Shown: positions 1-10,439, numbered from the stretch's first letter. The stretch: DNA of 64,000 nt from Methanomassiliicoccaceae archaeon (GCA_040776945.1 JAXGZN010000001.1:864001-928000), one strand, 5' to 3'. Numbers and translations: made by a program. The notes: a model not told the origin generated them from the sequence alone.

Positions 1-535
1 GGCAATAGGAGAGCAGTTCCTTTTGGTACAGGAAGGGGGAGAACTCAACCTGGTCCACCGACGGGACGAGGGACGACGCTGACATGATGTCGTCCAGATG
101 CCGGGGCAGGAAGTTGCTTACCCCTGCAGACCTGGCCTTGCCCTCGTCCAGGATGCGGTCCATGGCCTTCCACGCCCCCTGTCGGTCGCCCCGAGGCCAA
201 TGTATGAGGTACAGGTCCACATGGTCGACGCCCAGCGCCTTGAGGCTCCGGTCGCAGGCAGCCAGCGCCTCACGGTAGCCATTGTCGGTGTGCCACAGCT
301 TGGTGGTGATGAAGACGTCGTCCCTGGGCACTCCGCTCTCCTTGATGGCCTGTCCGACCCCTCTCTCGTTGTGGTAGTAGGCCGCAGTGTCGATGTGCCG
401 GTAACCTATGTCCAACGCCTCCTTCACCACTGTGCGCGCCTCGCCGTTGGTGACCTGATACACTCCCAGCCCTAGAACGGGCATCTTTACGCCGTTGTTA
501 AGGACGATCTTGCTGGACAGAGACAGGTCCGCCAT
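1..535 (-). CDS. Aldo/keto reductase (2,5-DKG reductase-like), 3' end runs off the window
   Basis: Manual translation from ATG at 535: MADLSLSSKIVLNNGVKMPVLGLGVYQ...GYRHIDTAAYYHNE...VFITTKLW...DLYLIHWP...GVSNF, containing the AKR D/Y/K/H tetrad motifs. Absent from the ORF track because it is truncated. Confidence 0.92.
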   Translation of the reverse strand, partial: MADLSLSSKIVLNNGVKMPVLGLGVYQVTNGEARTVVKEALDIGYRHIDTAAYYHNERGVGQAIKESGVPRDDVFITTKLWHTDNGYREALAACDRSLKALGVDHVDLYLIHWPRGDRQGAWKAMDRILDEGKARSAGVSNFLPRHLDDIMSASSLVPSVDQVEFSPFLYQKELLSYC

Positions 536-610
536 TGAGGATATATAGCACACCAGAGGATAAAACAGCACGGATGGAGAAAGAAGGAAAGGGAAAGAGG
601 TTTTTGGCGC

Positions 611-1627
611 TCAGCCGCTGCCCGGCGGAAGCGTCACATTGTAGGTCTCTCCGCTGACCGGGTCGTTGTACCGCATAGTGAAGTCCGCCCGGTCCCCGGT
701 CACATCGAACCAAGCCAGGAACTGGGTGTTCCCGTTCAGGGGTATCAGTTGCTGGCTAACAAATGCGGTGGCGCTGGAATTGGCGGTGAAATCTTGGTCA
801 CCGTTGTTGATCACCAGTCCGCTGGCGTAAACAGTGTGCCGGATGTTCCAGTTGTTGGTGAAGTTGACCAGCACCACGAAGAAGGTCCCGTTCACATTGG
901 TCCTCCACTCACCGCTGAGAGCCGACACCGAAAGCGATCCCTTAATGGGCACCCACATGGGTCCGGCCGTGGTGGGCGCGGAGAGGGTCTCATTGGAGTT
1001 CAGGTCGAAGGCCTGGAAGGTCAGGGTGAAGTTGCCGACGTAGTTGAGGACCACATCGAAGGCCCTGCTGTCGGTGGCGTTGCCGTTCGTCCTGAACGCC
1101 CCCAGGTCCCCGCTGATGACGATGTGGTTGACATAATCGCCGCTGCGGATGTCAGTGGTCCATTCCAGCGTCCGTCCGGTAGCGGTGGTTACTATGAGGT
1201 TCTGGGGGTCGATCTCGTCTATCGGGTCGGTCAGTTCGGCGAACATCCGTATCAGGACGTCGCCGCTGTAGCCCGCGGCGGGCGTGCTGTTGATATGGAA
1301 CCTATAGGTTTGTGCCCGGTTATAGGTGATGTTGGACTGCCCCTGTCCGGGATAGGATACTTCTAGGCTGACCTTGGGTGCGGCACTACCCAGATCTCGA
1401 GGCAAGGTGATGTTCATCGTTCGGAGACCAAGATCAATGGTGCTCAACGGCGGGGGGTTCGTACCGTTCGAGCCGTTGTTGCCATTGTTGTTCCCATTGT
1501 TATTGTTATTATCATCGCCGTTGTCTTTCCCCTTATCATCGGGGGCGTTCATGCTGAGCACCACGTAGGCCCCAGCGGCCAAAAGGACGATGACCACGGC
1601 GACCGCAGCGATCATATTTTTCTTCAT
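611..1627 (-). CDS. Membrane-anchored extracellular protein with Asn/Gly-rich linker and beta-rich (Ig/DUF4352-like) C-terminus
   Basis: 338 aa ORF; N-terminal KK plus hydrophobic helix, DNNNNNGNNNGNNG linker, many N-x-S/T sequons; paralog of 1868-2827. Confidence 0.8.
   Translation of the reverse strand: MKKNMIAAVAVVIVLLAAGAYVVLSMNAPDDKGKDNGDDNNNNNGNNNGNNGSNGTNPPPLSTIDLGLRTMNITLPRDLGSAAPKVSLEVSYPGQGQSNITYNRAQTYRFHINSTPAAGYSGDVLIRMFAELTDPIDEIDPQNLIVTTATGRTLEWTTDIRSGDYVNHIVISGDLGAFRTNGNATDSRAFDVVLNYVGNFTLTFQAFDLNSNETLSAPTTAGPMWVPIKGSLSVSALSGEWRTNVNGTFFVVLVNFTNNWNIRHTVYASGLVINNGDQDFTANSSATAFVSQQLIPLNGNTQFLAWFDVTGDRADFTMRYNDPVSGETYNVTLPPGSG
1470..1525. repeat. Low-complexity (TTG/TTA)n tract encoding the poly-Asn/Gly linker
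   Basis: gccgttgttgccattgttgttcccattgttattgttattatcatcgccgttgtc lies inside CDS 611-1627. Confidence 0.6.
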
Positions 1628-1867
1628 GATGTCACATGCCAGTATTCAGATTGGTCGAGAATAATTTTGACCGTGGATATAAAGACTTGGTTGATGGATA
1701 TCAATATCGGGAAGAACGCGACGGACCGATGGCATCTCATCCATCATATCATCTGGATGGCTATGCTTGGAAGGTCCGGGACAGGTCCGGCAAGCGGCTC
1801 AATATCAGATTTCAAAACATCCTCATCGGACCGTGCGCCCGATCGAAAGAGATGGGAAAAGGTTTGG

Positions 1868-2827
1868 TCAGGTCATAGTGCCCAGCGGCACGTTGTAGAC
1901 CTCTCCGCTATGTTCGTCCCTATATTGAAGCACGAAGCTTGAACGGTCCTGTACGGTGAAGTCGAACCAGGCGTTGAACTGGGTCGACTGCCTTGGCGCA
2001 AGGCTCTGTTCCTTGAACGCTCCGGCAGAGGTGTTGGCCGTCCTCTCCACAGTGCCGTTCCTTAGGACCAGGAAGGACCCATGGACATCATACCGGATGT
2101 TCCAGTCGTTGGTGATGTTCATCAGTATGACGAGATAGGTGCCGTTGGTGGTGTTCCTCCACTCGCCGCGGGTCAGGGCCTTCACGGTCAGGTGGCCGGT
2201 CACCGGAACATACAGAGGGGTCGCGGACACAGGGTCGGATATGGCCTTCCCGGAGTCAAGGTCAAAGGCCTGGATGAAGAGGCTGTAGTTCCCCGTGCCA
2301 TTGAACAGTACGTCGAAGGAACGGGAGGACGAGGAACCGTCGGTCCTCCAGGCTACGATGTCCCCGCTGATCACATTGTAGAGGGAGTGCGCCCCGCTCT
2401 TAGTGGCGAAGCTCCATTCCACCTGCTTGCCCTCAAAGTCCTTGACCAATAGATTCGTGGGGCCGATCTCCTTTTCCTTCTCGGCGAACATCTTGATCAG
2501 AACGTTGCCTGTATAGCCTGAGGCCGGAGCAGCGTTAAGGCCGAACCGATAGTACTCGCTCCAGTTGTACGTATGACCGCTCTCCCCCTTTCCAGGGTAG
2601 ACCATGGAAAGCGCCATCTTCCTATCATTGGAAGCGACCTCCCTTGGGAAGGACACCGCCAGCGTCTTGTTGGCCGAGGTAACCGCATCAGGCCTCCCAT
2701 TATCCTCATCGTCCACCCCGGCCGGGCCCTCTTTGCCGGGGATGTTCCCCATGGTCACTGCGACATATGCTCCGGCGATCAATAGGCCGGCCGCCACCAC
2801 GATCGCCGCTATCGTCATCTTGTTCAT
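1868..2827 (-). CDS. Membrane-anchored extracellular protein, tandem paralog of 611-1627
   Basis: 319 aa; shared motifs YPG(Q/K)G(Q/E)S, YRF..N..PA.GY.G.VLI.MFAE, QAFDL.S, TN.WNIR, TQF.AWFD, SGE.YNV.L. Confidence 0.8.
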   Translation of the reverse strand: MNKMTIAAIVVAAGLLIAGAYVAVTMGNIPGKEGPAGVDDEDNGRPDAVTSANKTLAVSFPREVASNDRKMALSMVYPGKGESGHTYNWSEYYRFGLNAAPASGYTGNVLIKMFAEKEKEIGPTNLLVKDFEGKQVEWSFATKSGAHSLYNVISGDIVAWRTDGSSSSRSFDVLFNGTGNYSLFIQAFDLDSGKAISDPVSATPLYVPVTGHLTVKALTRGEWRNTTNGTYLVILMNITNDWNIRYDVHGSFLVLRNGTVERTANTSAGAFKEQSLAPRQSTQFNAWFDFTVQDRSSFVLQYRDEHSGEVYNVPLGTMT

Positions 2828-3049
2828 TTTCCCGTCCCTCCATTAATATACGATGCATGTATTTGGAGGCGAACATATTAAGAGTTAGGCTCTTCGATCG
2901 AACATCTGGAAACGTCATAGGCCGCCCCTCACGGCCGTTCCGTTCGACCCATGACATGGCAAAATGCCCCCCATTGTCCCGCTGGAACGAGAGGTGTTCC
3001 GCCGCCAGCCAAGAAAGCACAATTAAATGCTATGTGCCAATGGAGTAGC

Positions 3050-3709
3050 ATGTTCGCAATTACGCTCGACCAGGCCATGGCCGCCCTGGGCTATGCCGTG
3101 CTGACGATCACGGTCGTGCTGTCCGTTCTCGCCCTAATCATGCTGGTGGTCACCTCCATATCCATGCGGAGGGGCCGCTTCTATCTGCCTCGCCTGCTTC
3201 GTCCCGGCCTGATAATCCTGGAGGGATTGGCCAAGATATTGTGGAGGGTCAGCAACTTGGACGATCGGGAGATAATATCCTTCTCCATCAGGCTCCATAA
3301 CCAGCTAAACCGAGAGAGGTTCAGCAAGCTGGCAATGGAGGACCGGATGGTCTTCCTTCCTCAATGCCTACGTTCCATGGACTGTCCCTCCAATCTGTCG
3401 ATCGAGGGACTGGTGTGCAAGAGATGCATGCGCTGCGAGATCGGCCGTTCGATCGATGAGCTGGAGGGCCACGGCTGCAAGGTTTCGATCGTCCCAGGCT
3501 CCACCTTCTTGAAGCGGTTGGTGAAGAAGTACCGCCCAAAGGGGATAGTCGGCGTGGGGTGCCTGATGGAAGTTAAGGAAGGATTGGAGATGACCGATCG
3601 CATGGACCTTCCGGCCATGGGTGTGGTCACCACCAAGGACGGGTGCGTGGAGACCGCTGTGGATTGGCCTACGCTGATCGAGATCGCGACCATGCGCCCG
3701 GAGGCATGA
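3050..3709 (+). CDS. DUF116 family Cys-rich protein with N-terminal TM helix
   Basis: FLPQCLR..C, CKRCMRC, IVPGST, GIVGVGC and GCVET motifs typical of DUF116; in-frame ATG at 3050 follows GGAG. Confidence 0.82.
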   Translation: MFAITLDQAMAALGYAVLTITVVLSVLALIMLVVTSISMRRGRFYLPRLLRPGLIILEGLAKILWRVSNLDDREIISFSIRLHNQLNRERFSKLAMEDRMVFLPQCLRSMDCPSNLSIEGLVCKRCMRCEIGRSIDELEGHGCKVSIVPGSTFLKRLVKKYRPKGIVGVGCLMEVKEGLEMTDRMDLPAMGVVTTKDGCVETAVDWPTLIEIATMRPEA

Positions 3710-3773
3710 GCGGTCCGGAGATGGCGACAACGGAATCGCTCATTTGAAGTAACCCACCGTTATTCGAGATTGC

Positions 3774-4268
3774 ATGGCCGAGACAGAGAAGAGGTTCAGC
3801 GATACCCTTGTGGGTGACGTCTTCGACCTGATCGTAAAAAGGCCGGCAACGGTGACCGCGGGAAGCTCCGTGAACGATGTCATCGACGGGATGTTGGGAA
3901 ACCCGGTCTCCCGCAAGGTCTACGTGGTAGATGATGAGAGGAGGCTTCTCGGCATGGTCAACACCGATACGGTGCTGCGGTTGATAGGATATCGCACAGG
4001 CATCAGGGAACTGGGCGGCATGTCGTTCTATCGGTTCCTGCGGGACATGTTCAAGGAAGAGGTCGGCAGCCTCATGTCCCCGACCCGCTCGGTCACCAAA
4101 GAGGACGGCCTCAAGAAGGCGTTGGACATCATGATCAAGGACCACGTCAATGATCTCCCGGTGGTGGACGAGGAGGGGCGCATCATCGGGGAACTTATCA
4201 GCCTGGAGCTTTTCCTTAAAGGCCGGCAGCTGTTCGCTGCTCCCGGCAAGCAGGGCCGAGATCCATGA
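3774..4268 (+). CDS. CBS-domain pair protein
   Basis: VYVVDDERRLLGMV and LPVVDEEGRIIGEL CBS motifs. Confidence 0.88.
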   Translation: MAETEKRFSDTLVGDVFDLIVKRPATVTAGSSVNDVIDGMLGNPVSRKVYVVDDERRLLGMVNTDTVLRLIGYRTGIRELGGMSFYRFLRDMFKEEVGSLMSPTRSVTKEDGLKKALDIMIKDHVNDLPVVDEEGRIIGELISLELFLKGRQLFAAPGKQGRDP

Positions 4269-5143
4269 TGTGGCTCGATCATCAGGTCCTGGAAGGCATG
4301 ACCGTAGGCAGCCTTCTGATGTTCACCGTGGTGGTGATCGGGGCCACGATGGCGGCGAGGCTAGTCAGCAACCTCATCCGCAAGGAACTGGACGATCGCA
4401 TCGGTCGGAAAACCTCCAAGTCGGTGGCCAGGGTGTTCTTCTACACCATCGTCGGGCTCGCGGTCCTCATAGGGTTCAGTCAGATCCTGAAGATGGACTT
4501 CGGCGGCCTGATGATCTCCTTGGGCCTGGTGGGAGTGGCCATCGCCTTCGCCTCCCAGCAGATAATCTCCAACCTCCTCTCCGGGCTCCTCATATCCTTC
4601 ACGAGGCCGATTCAGTTGGAGGACTGGGTGGAGGTCGGACTGGCGCCTAGCACCGGGGTATGCAGGGTCAAGGACATCAATCTCATGGCCACGGTGCTGA
4701 GGGACATCGAGGGCAGGATAATAGTGCTTCCCAACTCCCAGATCGCGAACGGCAAGGTCATCAACTATACTCAGGCGGGCTTCGTGGCTGTCCCCTTCGA
4801 CCTGTGGTTCGACGCCTCATCCTCTATCGACGTGGTCCGGAGGATAGTCAATGAGGAGGCAGAACGGGACCCCCGCATCCTACCGGACGTGGACGGGGAG
4901 GAGCATCGGCTCATGCTGAGGATATTCGAGAGGCCTGCGGTACGCGGCCTGTTCGGAGGGTCCGCCGATCTCACCGCCCTTAACCCCCAGGTCAACATCC
5001 TGGACCTCAGGGACGGAAAGGTCAAGATGAACGTTCGGGTATGGATCAGGGAGATCAACAAGCGGGACGAGATCATCTCTGGGTTCCTGGAGGCCCTGCG
5101 GTTCCGGTTCAAGGAGGAAGGCATTGTCCTTAAGGACCCCTGA
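4265..5143 (+). CDS. mscS: Small-conductance mechanosensitive channel (MscS family)
   Basis: Three TM helices, GLVGVAIAFASQQIISNLLSG, RPIQLEDWV, IVLPNSQI...VINY; ATGA overlap with the CBS gene. Confidence 0.88.
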   Translation: MMWLDHQVLEGMTVGSLLMFTVVVIGATMAARLVSNLIRKELDDRIGRKTSKSVARVFFYTIVGLAVLIGFSQILKMDFGGLMISLGLVGVAIAFASQQIISNLLSGLLISFTRPIQLEDWVEVGLAPSTGVCRVKDINLMATVLRDIEGRIIVLPNSQIANGKVINYTQAGFVAVPFDLWFDASSSIDVVRRIVNEEAERDPRILPDVDGEEHRLMLRIFERPAVRGLFGGSADLTALNPQVNILDLRDGKVKMNVRVWIREINKRDEIISGFLEALRFRFKEEGIVLKDP

Positions 5144-5591
5144 TGGCACTGGCCAGCGGTCTGACAGGTCCTCGATGGGCGTTCGAGGCTGTTCAACGAG
5201 GATGGGCTGAAGAGGCTTCATAGCCACCGGGTCCGCCTCGGCGGTAACGTTGCCATCCTCGATCTCCCGTGCCTGTTCTGCCAATAGATGTCCGATGCGT
5301 TGGTCGCAAGCGTGGAGGCCATGCCGCAGGAGGCATCGATCCGGCGCCCGAACCCTCCTCGGTGCCCGCCGCTCCCGTTCAGGGGTCCCTCCCATCCCAC
5401 TGCACAACGGCTCTTTTCTCATCGGCCACGAGGGCCGCCGGGTTGGTGGGGCCGCTCCTTGTCCATCTCTCCGATGGCCCCGGCGGTCCTCACGGCCCCG
5501 TCGTTTTTCCCGTGGCCCGCTCACTGCTATGGATGCGAGGTCGCTGGCGCGCCGTCCCATCTTCCGATGACACCTCTTCAGGCATGAGCGC

Positions 5592-7025
5592 TCACTGCGG
5601 AGAGGCAGGCGCTTCAGGCGCTGGCGCCTCGGAAGAGGTTCCAGCATCCACTGAAGGCGAAACGGGCGGAGGGACCTCTGGAAGGCTGGCCGCCATAACA
5701 GTGTTGGCCGCTGGCGGCTCCGCCGATACCTCGAGCGCTATCCCTGGTCCAGTTGCCGGCGCGGGCATGGGCGGCGGCTCCGGGGCCGGCTCTTGCCGAG
5801 CCCCGCCGTGCGCCAACAGTTGCTTGGTGCGCAGCTCCTCCCTCATGACCAGGAGGAACAGCGGTATGGCCGCGAACTGGAGGACCATGGACGTCATTAT
5901 CATGGAAGGTAAGGAGACATCGTAAAGCACTCCCATTACCACGCTTCCTAAGAACCACGAGAGGCCGAAGGCGGTGTTGTAGCATCCGAAGGCCATACCT
6001 CTTCTGCAGTGGGGGGATATGTCTGCCACCATTGCGCGCATGGCCGAGTCCTGAGCTCCGAAACCGACCCCGTACAGAAGCATTCCCGCGGTGACCGAGG
6101 CCATGTCCGAGGCGAACACCAGGGGGGCGAAGAAGGGTATTACCGCGGCCATGGCCACCAGGGGCATGATGCCGATCTTGTCGTACATCCTGCCGAACAC
6201 CAGTGCGGCCAGCGCGTTAGTGGCCATCGACAGGGCATATAATATGGGTATCCAGCCCTGCGAGACAGTGGTCACGGTGCTTATATGGTACGAGATCATG
6301 GGAAAGTCCGCATAACCAGCGGCTATGAGGGCCCCCGCAATGAGGAAGATCCAATAGGTCCTGGAGAACTTCCTTTTCTTCTCCTTCACAGGGCAATGGT
6401 CCTTGATGTCCCCTGGATGGGGGTCGATCTTCCGGGCCTGGAACAGGACGACGACCGCCAAGGCGCAAGGCAGGAGCAAGATCTCGAAGCCCAGGCGATA
6501 GTCGCCGCCCAGGAGCATGACGGCCACTATGATGATCGGGCCGATCATGCCTCCCACGGACGAGAGCGCCTCCTGTACGCCGTAGCTCCATCCTCTGCCC
6601 ACGGTCTTTCCTGCATGGGAGAGCATGGCGTCACGGGCAGGACTGCGAATGGCCCTCCCCACTCGCTCCAGCATCATGAGGACCACTGCCGCTTCCCAAT
6701 CGCCGGCGAGGGCCAAGGCAGGGACCGCAATTATGTTGATCCCGTAACCGATGAACACGAATGTCCAATATTTGCCTGTCTCGTCCATTAGCCAGCCGAA
6801 GACGATGCGCAGGCTGAACCCTGCCAGCTCGGCCAGGCCGGACACTATCCCGACCACGGCCGCGCTAGCGCCCAAGATGGCCAGATAGGATCCCATGACG
6901 CTCTTGGTGCCTTCTATGGCCACATCGGCCAACAGGCTCACGATCCCGAGCATCATGACGAAAACGATGGCAACCGTCCGCTGCTTTCGCACGACGGCGT
7001 GCCCTCTGGCTCCTAGCCTGCCCAT
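5592..7025 (-). CDS. MFS transporter with Pro/Ala-rich C-terminal tail
   Basis: About 12 hydrophobic segments; GWLMDETG, ERVGRAIRSPARDAML, GRMYDKIG motifs. Start is uncertain (ORF is open to 7118). Confidence 0.88.
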   Translation of the reverse strand: MGRLGARGHAVVRKQRTVAIVFVMMLGIVSLLADVAIEGTKSVMGSYLAILGASAAVVGIVSGLAELAGFSLRIVFGWLMDETGKYWTFVFIGYGINIIAVPALALAGDWEAAVVLMMLERVGRAIRSPARDAMLSHAGKTVGRGWSYGVQEALSSVGGMIGPIIIVAVMLLGGDYRLGFEILLLPCALAVVVLFQARKIDPHPGDIKDHCPVKEKKRKFSRTYWIFLIAGALIAAGYADFPMISYHISTVTTVSQGWIPILYALSMATNALAALVFGRMYDKIGIMPLVAMAAVIPFFAPLVFASDMASVTAGMLLYGVGFGAQDSAMRAMVADISPHCRRGMAFGCYNTAFGLSWFLGSVVMGVLYDVSLPSMIMTSMVLQFAAIPLFLLVMREELRTKQLLAHGGARQEPAPEPPPMPAPATGPGIALEVSAEPPAANTVMAASLPEVPPPVSPSVDAGTSSEAPAPEAPASPQ

Positions 7026-7227
7026 CCCATCCCTCCCATCCGCCTTGATGGCCCTAGACCATAAGAACGCCGCCAGGGCTGGAACGAGCCAACTGGACGG
7101 GCCCCATCCACGGACCATTGCCGAGTACCAAAGCTGGTATCCAGGATAGATGAGCGATGGAGTATATTAAATCGCTCAGGATAATAAGTCCGGCGAGCGT
7201 CAACAAGTCTAAAAACATAGGGCGGAT

Positions 7228-7530
7228 ATGGTAACGCGGATGATGGAGGACGAAGAGGTCAACCTTCTGGATATCGATCATGTCTTCTCCATACTTCAGT
7301 ACCTAGATTCCAGGAGAGGGGAGGACGTCCTAGCCAGTGAACTGAGGGCGGTCATGCCGAACTATGGCCGGATGATGCTCATAGTTCGCCAGCTGGAGAG
7401 GAAGAACCTCATCGACATCAGAATGGAGACCAGGCCGCGTAAGCGCTACATCCTTTCACTGACCGACAAGGGACGGATCGTCGTGAAGAAACTTCTGGCA
7501 CTGGACCGGCTGATCGCATCCTGGCAGTGA
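7228..7530 (+). CDS. Small winged-helix (MarR-like) DNA-binding protein
   Basis: 100 aa; VRQLERKNLI...RYILSLTDKGR wing motif; divergent from the MFS gene. Confidence 0.75.
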   Translation: MVTRMMEDEEVNLLDIDHVFSILQYLDSRRGEDVLASELRAVMPNYGRMMLIVRQLERKNLIDIRMETRPRKRYILSLTDKGRIVVKKLLALDRLIASWQ

Positions 7531-7995
7531 TGCGGAAAGAAGGCCGGAGCTCCATTTATGGTCCCGTTGCGCCCCTCCGCTCCGGTGCCGTTCTGCACAT
7601 GACGCCGCCGATGTCCCGGCGGCCCCCGTAACCGTCGGGAGCTGTGGTGGCCCGTGGTTCGGCAACGGACCTCGGATGGTCCAATGGCGTTCTTTCGGCC
7701 CCTCCCGCGGCGGGAACGACCGTCATGTTCCCGATCGGCCTCCGTGGGTTCGCCCCACGTTCACTCAAGACCCGGCTCCGATAGGCCATCCCGCGCGCCT
7801 CTATAGATAGAAAAACCACTTCGGGCCCGCTGATGACGAAGGTTATCCCGTCGTCGGGTCCCGTCATGTGCGAGCCAGCCTCCGGACCCGATGTTCAAGC
7901 GGAGACGATCGTAGTGACCATGGCGGGCACCCAATGCCCTCCAACCATGGGACACCCAACCCTTATATCCGCACTCCTTGCCATAGGCACGTACG

Positions 7996-8832
7996 ATGGA
8001 CCCGACCCTTACCCTGGGCATATTCGTCGCCGCACTGATCGCTGGGCTCGTCGGGTCGCTGTTCGGCCTAGGGGGAGGGATAATAATCATCCCGACCCTG
8101 ACCATCGCCTTCGGCCTCCCATTGAAGGAGGTCATCGGAGCAAGCCTCGTCGGGGTCATCGCGACCTCTCTGGGCGGCTCAACCAGCTACATCGAAGAGG
8201 GGCTGGTCAACATACGCCTGGGCGTTGTCCTGGAGCCGGCCACTACCCTGGGGTCCATAGTGGGGGCCCTCATCGCCATCTACCTTGACCAGGCCATCAT
8301 CGCCTCGATCTTCGCCATCGTTCTCATCTACAGCGCCCATTATATGCACCGCCGCCCGGCCAGGACCGTTCAGGTCGAAGGAGCTCGGTCCCACCCTTAT
8401 CTTTCGGAGAGGTACATCGACCCAGGGACAGTTAAAGAGGTCAGCTATGAGGTGCACCACCTTCCCCGGTCATTGGCGGCCTGCTTCTTGGTTGGCAATC
8501 TATCCAGCATGTTGGGGGTCGGCGGGGGGACCTTGAAAGTGCCGATAATGAACATCTGGATGGGCGTGCCCATGCGCGCGGCGACCGCTACCAGCAACTT
8601 CATGATCGGCGTGACCGCGCTCGCCGGTACCGTCGTGTACTACGTCAGCGGCCACATATCCGTGGACCTGGCGGCCACGGTGGTGCTGGGAGCCTTCATT
8701 GGCGCGACGCTCGGCCCGCGGCTCTCCAAAGAGGTCGCGAGCCCTTCACTCCGGCGTTATTTCGCCGCCATATTGGTCGCTGTGGCCATCTTGATGGTCA
8801 TCCGGTCCCTGGGCGTCATGACGGGGGTCTGA
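7996..8832 (+). CDS. TSUP/TauE-SafE family sulfite exporter-like permease
   Basis: GLGGGIIIIP and GVGGGTLKVP internal repeat, AATATSNFMIG. Confidence 0.9.
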   Translation: MDPTLTLGIFVAALIAGLVGSLFGLGGGIIIIPTLTIAFGLPLKEVIGASLVGVIATSLGGSTSYIEEGLVNIRLGVVLEPATTLGSIVGALIAIYLDQAIIASIFAIVLIYSAHYMHRRPARTVQVEGARSHPYLSERYIDPGTVKEVSYEVHHLPRSLAACFLVGNLSSMLGVGGGTLKVPIMNIWMGVPMRAATATSNFMIGVTALAGTVVYYVSGHISVDLAATVVLGAFIGATLGPRLSKEVASPSLRRYFAAILVAVAILMVIRSLGVMTGV

Positions 8833-8833
8833 G

Positions 8834-9169
8834 ATGGTCCGCGGACGTTCCCGTGTCGACAAGTGGGTGCGCACCATCCTCGTCTCAGGGACCGCTCTGA
8901 GCATGGGACTGATGTTGGTCGGCCTGGCCATGCACGCCCTGTTCCCGGACCATCCTGATGTGGACCTCTCCCTCCAGGAGATCGCATCCGGCATAGTCGC
9001 CGGCAACCCGGTCGCCATCATCGACCTTGGCATGGTCATCCTCATCGCCACCCCCCTTACCAGGGTCGTCACCGCTCTGGCCGTGTTCACCATCGACCGA
9101 GAGCTCCGCTTGATGGCCGCTTGCATATTGATACTGCTAATCGTCGGGTCTGCCGTCCTCATAGGCTAG
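8834..9169 (+). CDS. DUF1634 family membrane protein
   Basis: LGMVILIATPLTRV motif; usual partner gene downstream of TauE permeases. Confidence 0.82.
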   Translation: MVRGRSRVDKWVRTILVSGTALSMGLMLVGLAMHALFPDHPDVDLSLQEIASGIVAGNPVAIIDLGMVILIATPLTRVVTALAVFTIDRELRLMAACILILLIVGSAVLIG

Positions 9170-9209
9170 GTCATAGAGCGCGGGGGGAGGCCGCTCGGGA
9201 ACGGCCCTC

Positions 9210-10439
9210 TCAATTTCCGTCACCTCCAGTTTCCCCGGCCCTCCTATGGACGTCCTTCTCCCTCCTCTCTCTCGCCGGATCCCTGGCCCCCAAGAGCAGC
9301 AGGCTTGAGCCGATGACGATAAAACCTGCAATGATGAAGGGAGTTGACCCTATCGGACCGCTCGCCTGCGGAAGGAACAGGGTCAGTACGATGGGGCCGA
9401 TGAAAGAGCCAAGATCGCCCATTGTCCTGAACAGCCCCATGGCCCCGCCCAGGTCCGCTGTGCGGGCCACATCTGTCACGTAGGCGCCCACAGGCCCCGA
9501 AAGGCCAAGGCAGAGGCCAAGGGCCGACATCACCGCCATGAGGGTGGCCAGATCATAGGCAAGGGGTATGATCATGGCCACCACGCCTCCTAGGAACAGG
9601 GAGGCGAAGAAGAAAGGTCTCCTCCCATAGCGGTCGGAAAGGGAACCGGCCGGAAGAAGGCTCAGGAAGTTGAAGGCGGCGGACAGTGTCAGTACTGCGC
9701 CCAGGGTCGCCGGGCCCAGGCCCAGATCGCGGGTGGCGAATAGCGGCACGATGGTGGCGACCAGCCCGGTCCGCAGGACGGAGGTGGCCAGAAGGCCCAT
9801 GTTGACCGACATCAGGGTATAGTCCCTAATGGACCGGACCACCTGCTCGGAAGCGGCGTCCATGCGACCCCCCTTCCTCTGTACCGATCCCTTGCCGATC
9901 ATGAAGTGGATCACCAGGATGGAGATGAGAACGAGAAGAGCGTAAACGAAGAAAGGCCCGCTGAGGCCATAGGTCTGGCCGACGACGCCTCCCAATATCG
10001 GTCCGCTGGTCGTGCCAAGGAACTGCAGGCTTATGAACAGCCCAAGATGCTTCCCCCGCCGGGATATGGGGGCCGTTCGGCTTATCCCGATGTAGGAGGT
10101 GGTGAAAAACACCGCTGAGCCCGCTCCTTGGACCATCAACCCCATGAGGAGCATCCAGTAGGACACGGCCAGGGCGGAGATCATCGCAGATGCGAATACG
10201 ATCAGTAGGCCGGCCATCATGAACCTCTTGAGGCCGAACCGATCGGCGACGATCCCGGAGGGAATGTCCAGGACGACCCTTGAGAGCCCTGAAACGGAAA
10301 TGAGCGCTCCGATAAGGGCTATCGAAACCCCAAAGGTCATGGCGTAGAGGGGGAGGATGGGCGTGATGGACCCCACCCCGAAATTGACCAGAAAGCCGAC
10401 CGTCGAAAAGATGACCGTTGCCCGCATTGACGATTCCAT
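9210..10439 (-). CDS. MFS transporter (DHA1-like)
   Basis: GIVADRFGLKR and GSLSDRYGRRP motif A copies; in-frame ATG at 10439 or 10427. Confidence 0.9.
   Translation of the reverse strand: MESSMRATVIFSTVGFLVNFGVGSITPILPLYAMTFGVSIALIGALISVSGLSRVVLDIPSGIVADRFGLKRFMMAGLLIVFASAMISALAVSYWMLLMGLMVQGAGSAVFFTTSYIGISRTAPISRRGKHLGLFISLQFLGTTSGPILGGVVGQTYGLSGPFFVYALLVLISILVIHFMIGKGSVQRKGGRMDAASEQVVRSIRDYTLMSVNMGLLATSVLRTGLVATIVPLFATRDLGLGPATLGAVLTLSAAFNFLSLLPAGSLSDRYGRRPFFFASLFLGGVVAMIIPLAYDLATLMAVMSALGLCLGLSGPVGAYVTDVARTADLGGAMGLFRTMGDLGSFIGPIVLTLFLPQASGPIGSTPFIIAGFIVIGSSLLLLGARDPARERREKDVHRRAGETGGDGN

Noticed and set aside
98-475. Plus-strand ORFs over the window start
   Set aside because: Antisense shadows of the aldo/keto reductase. 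The same applies to most overlapping ORFs in the track, which are GC-rich artefacts.
5144-5591. Several overlapping ORFs between mscS and the MFS gene
   Set aside because: Arg/Pro-rich translations with no recognisable domain or consistent frame; left uncalled.
7531-7995. ORFs 7556-7867 (-) and 7833-8288 (+)
   Set aside because: No motif or coding-like composition; treated as intergenic.
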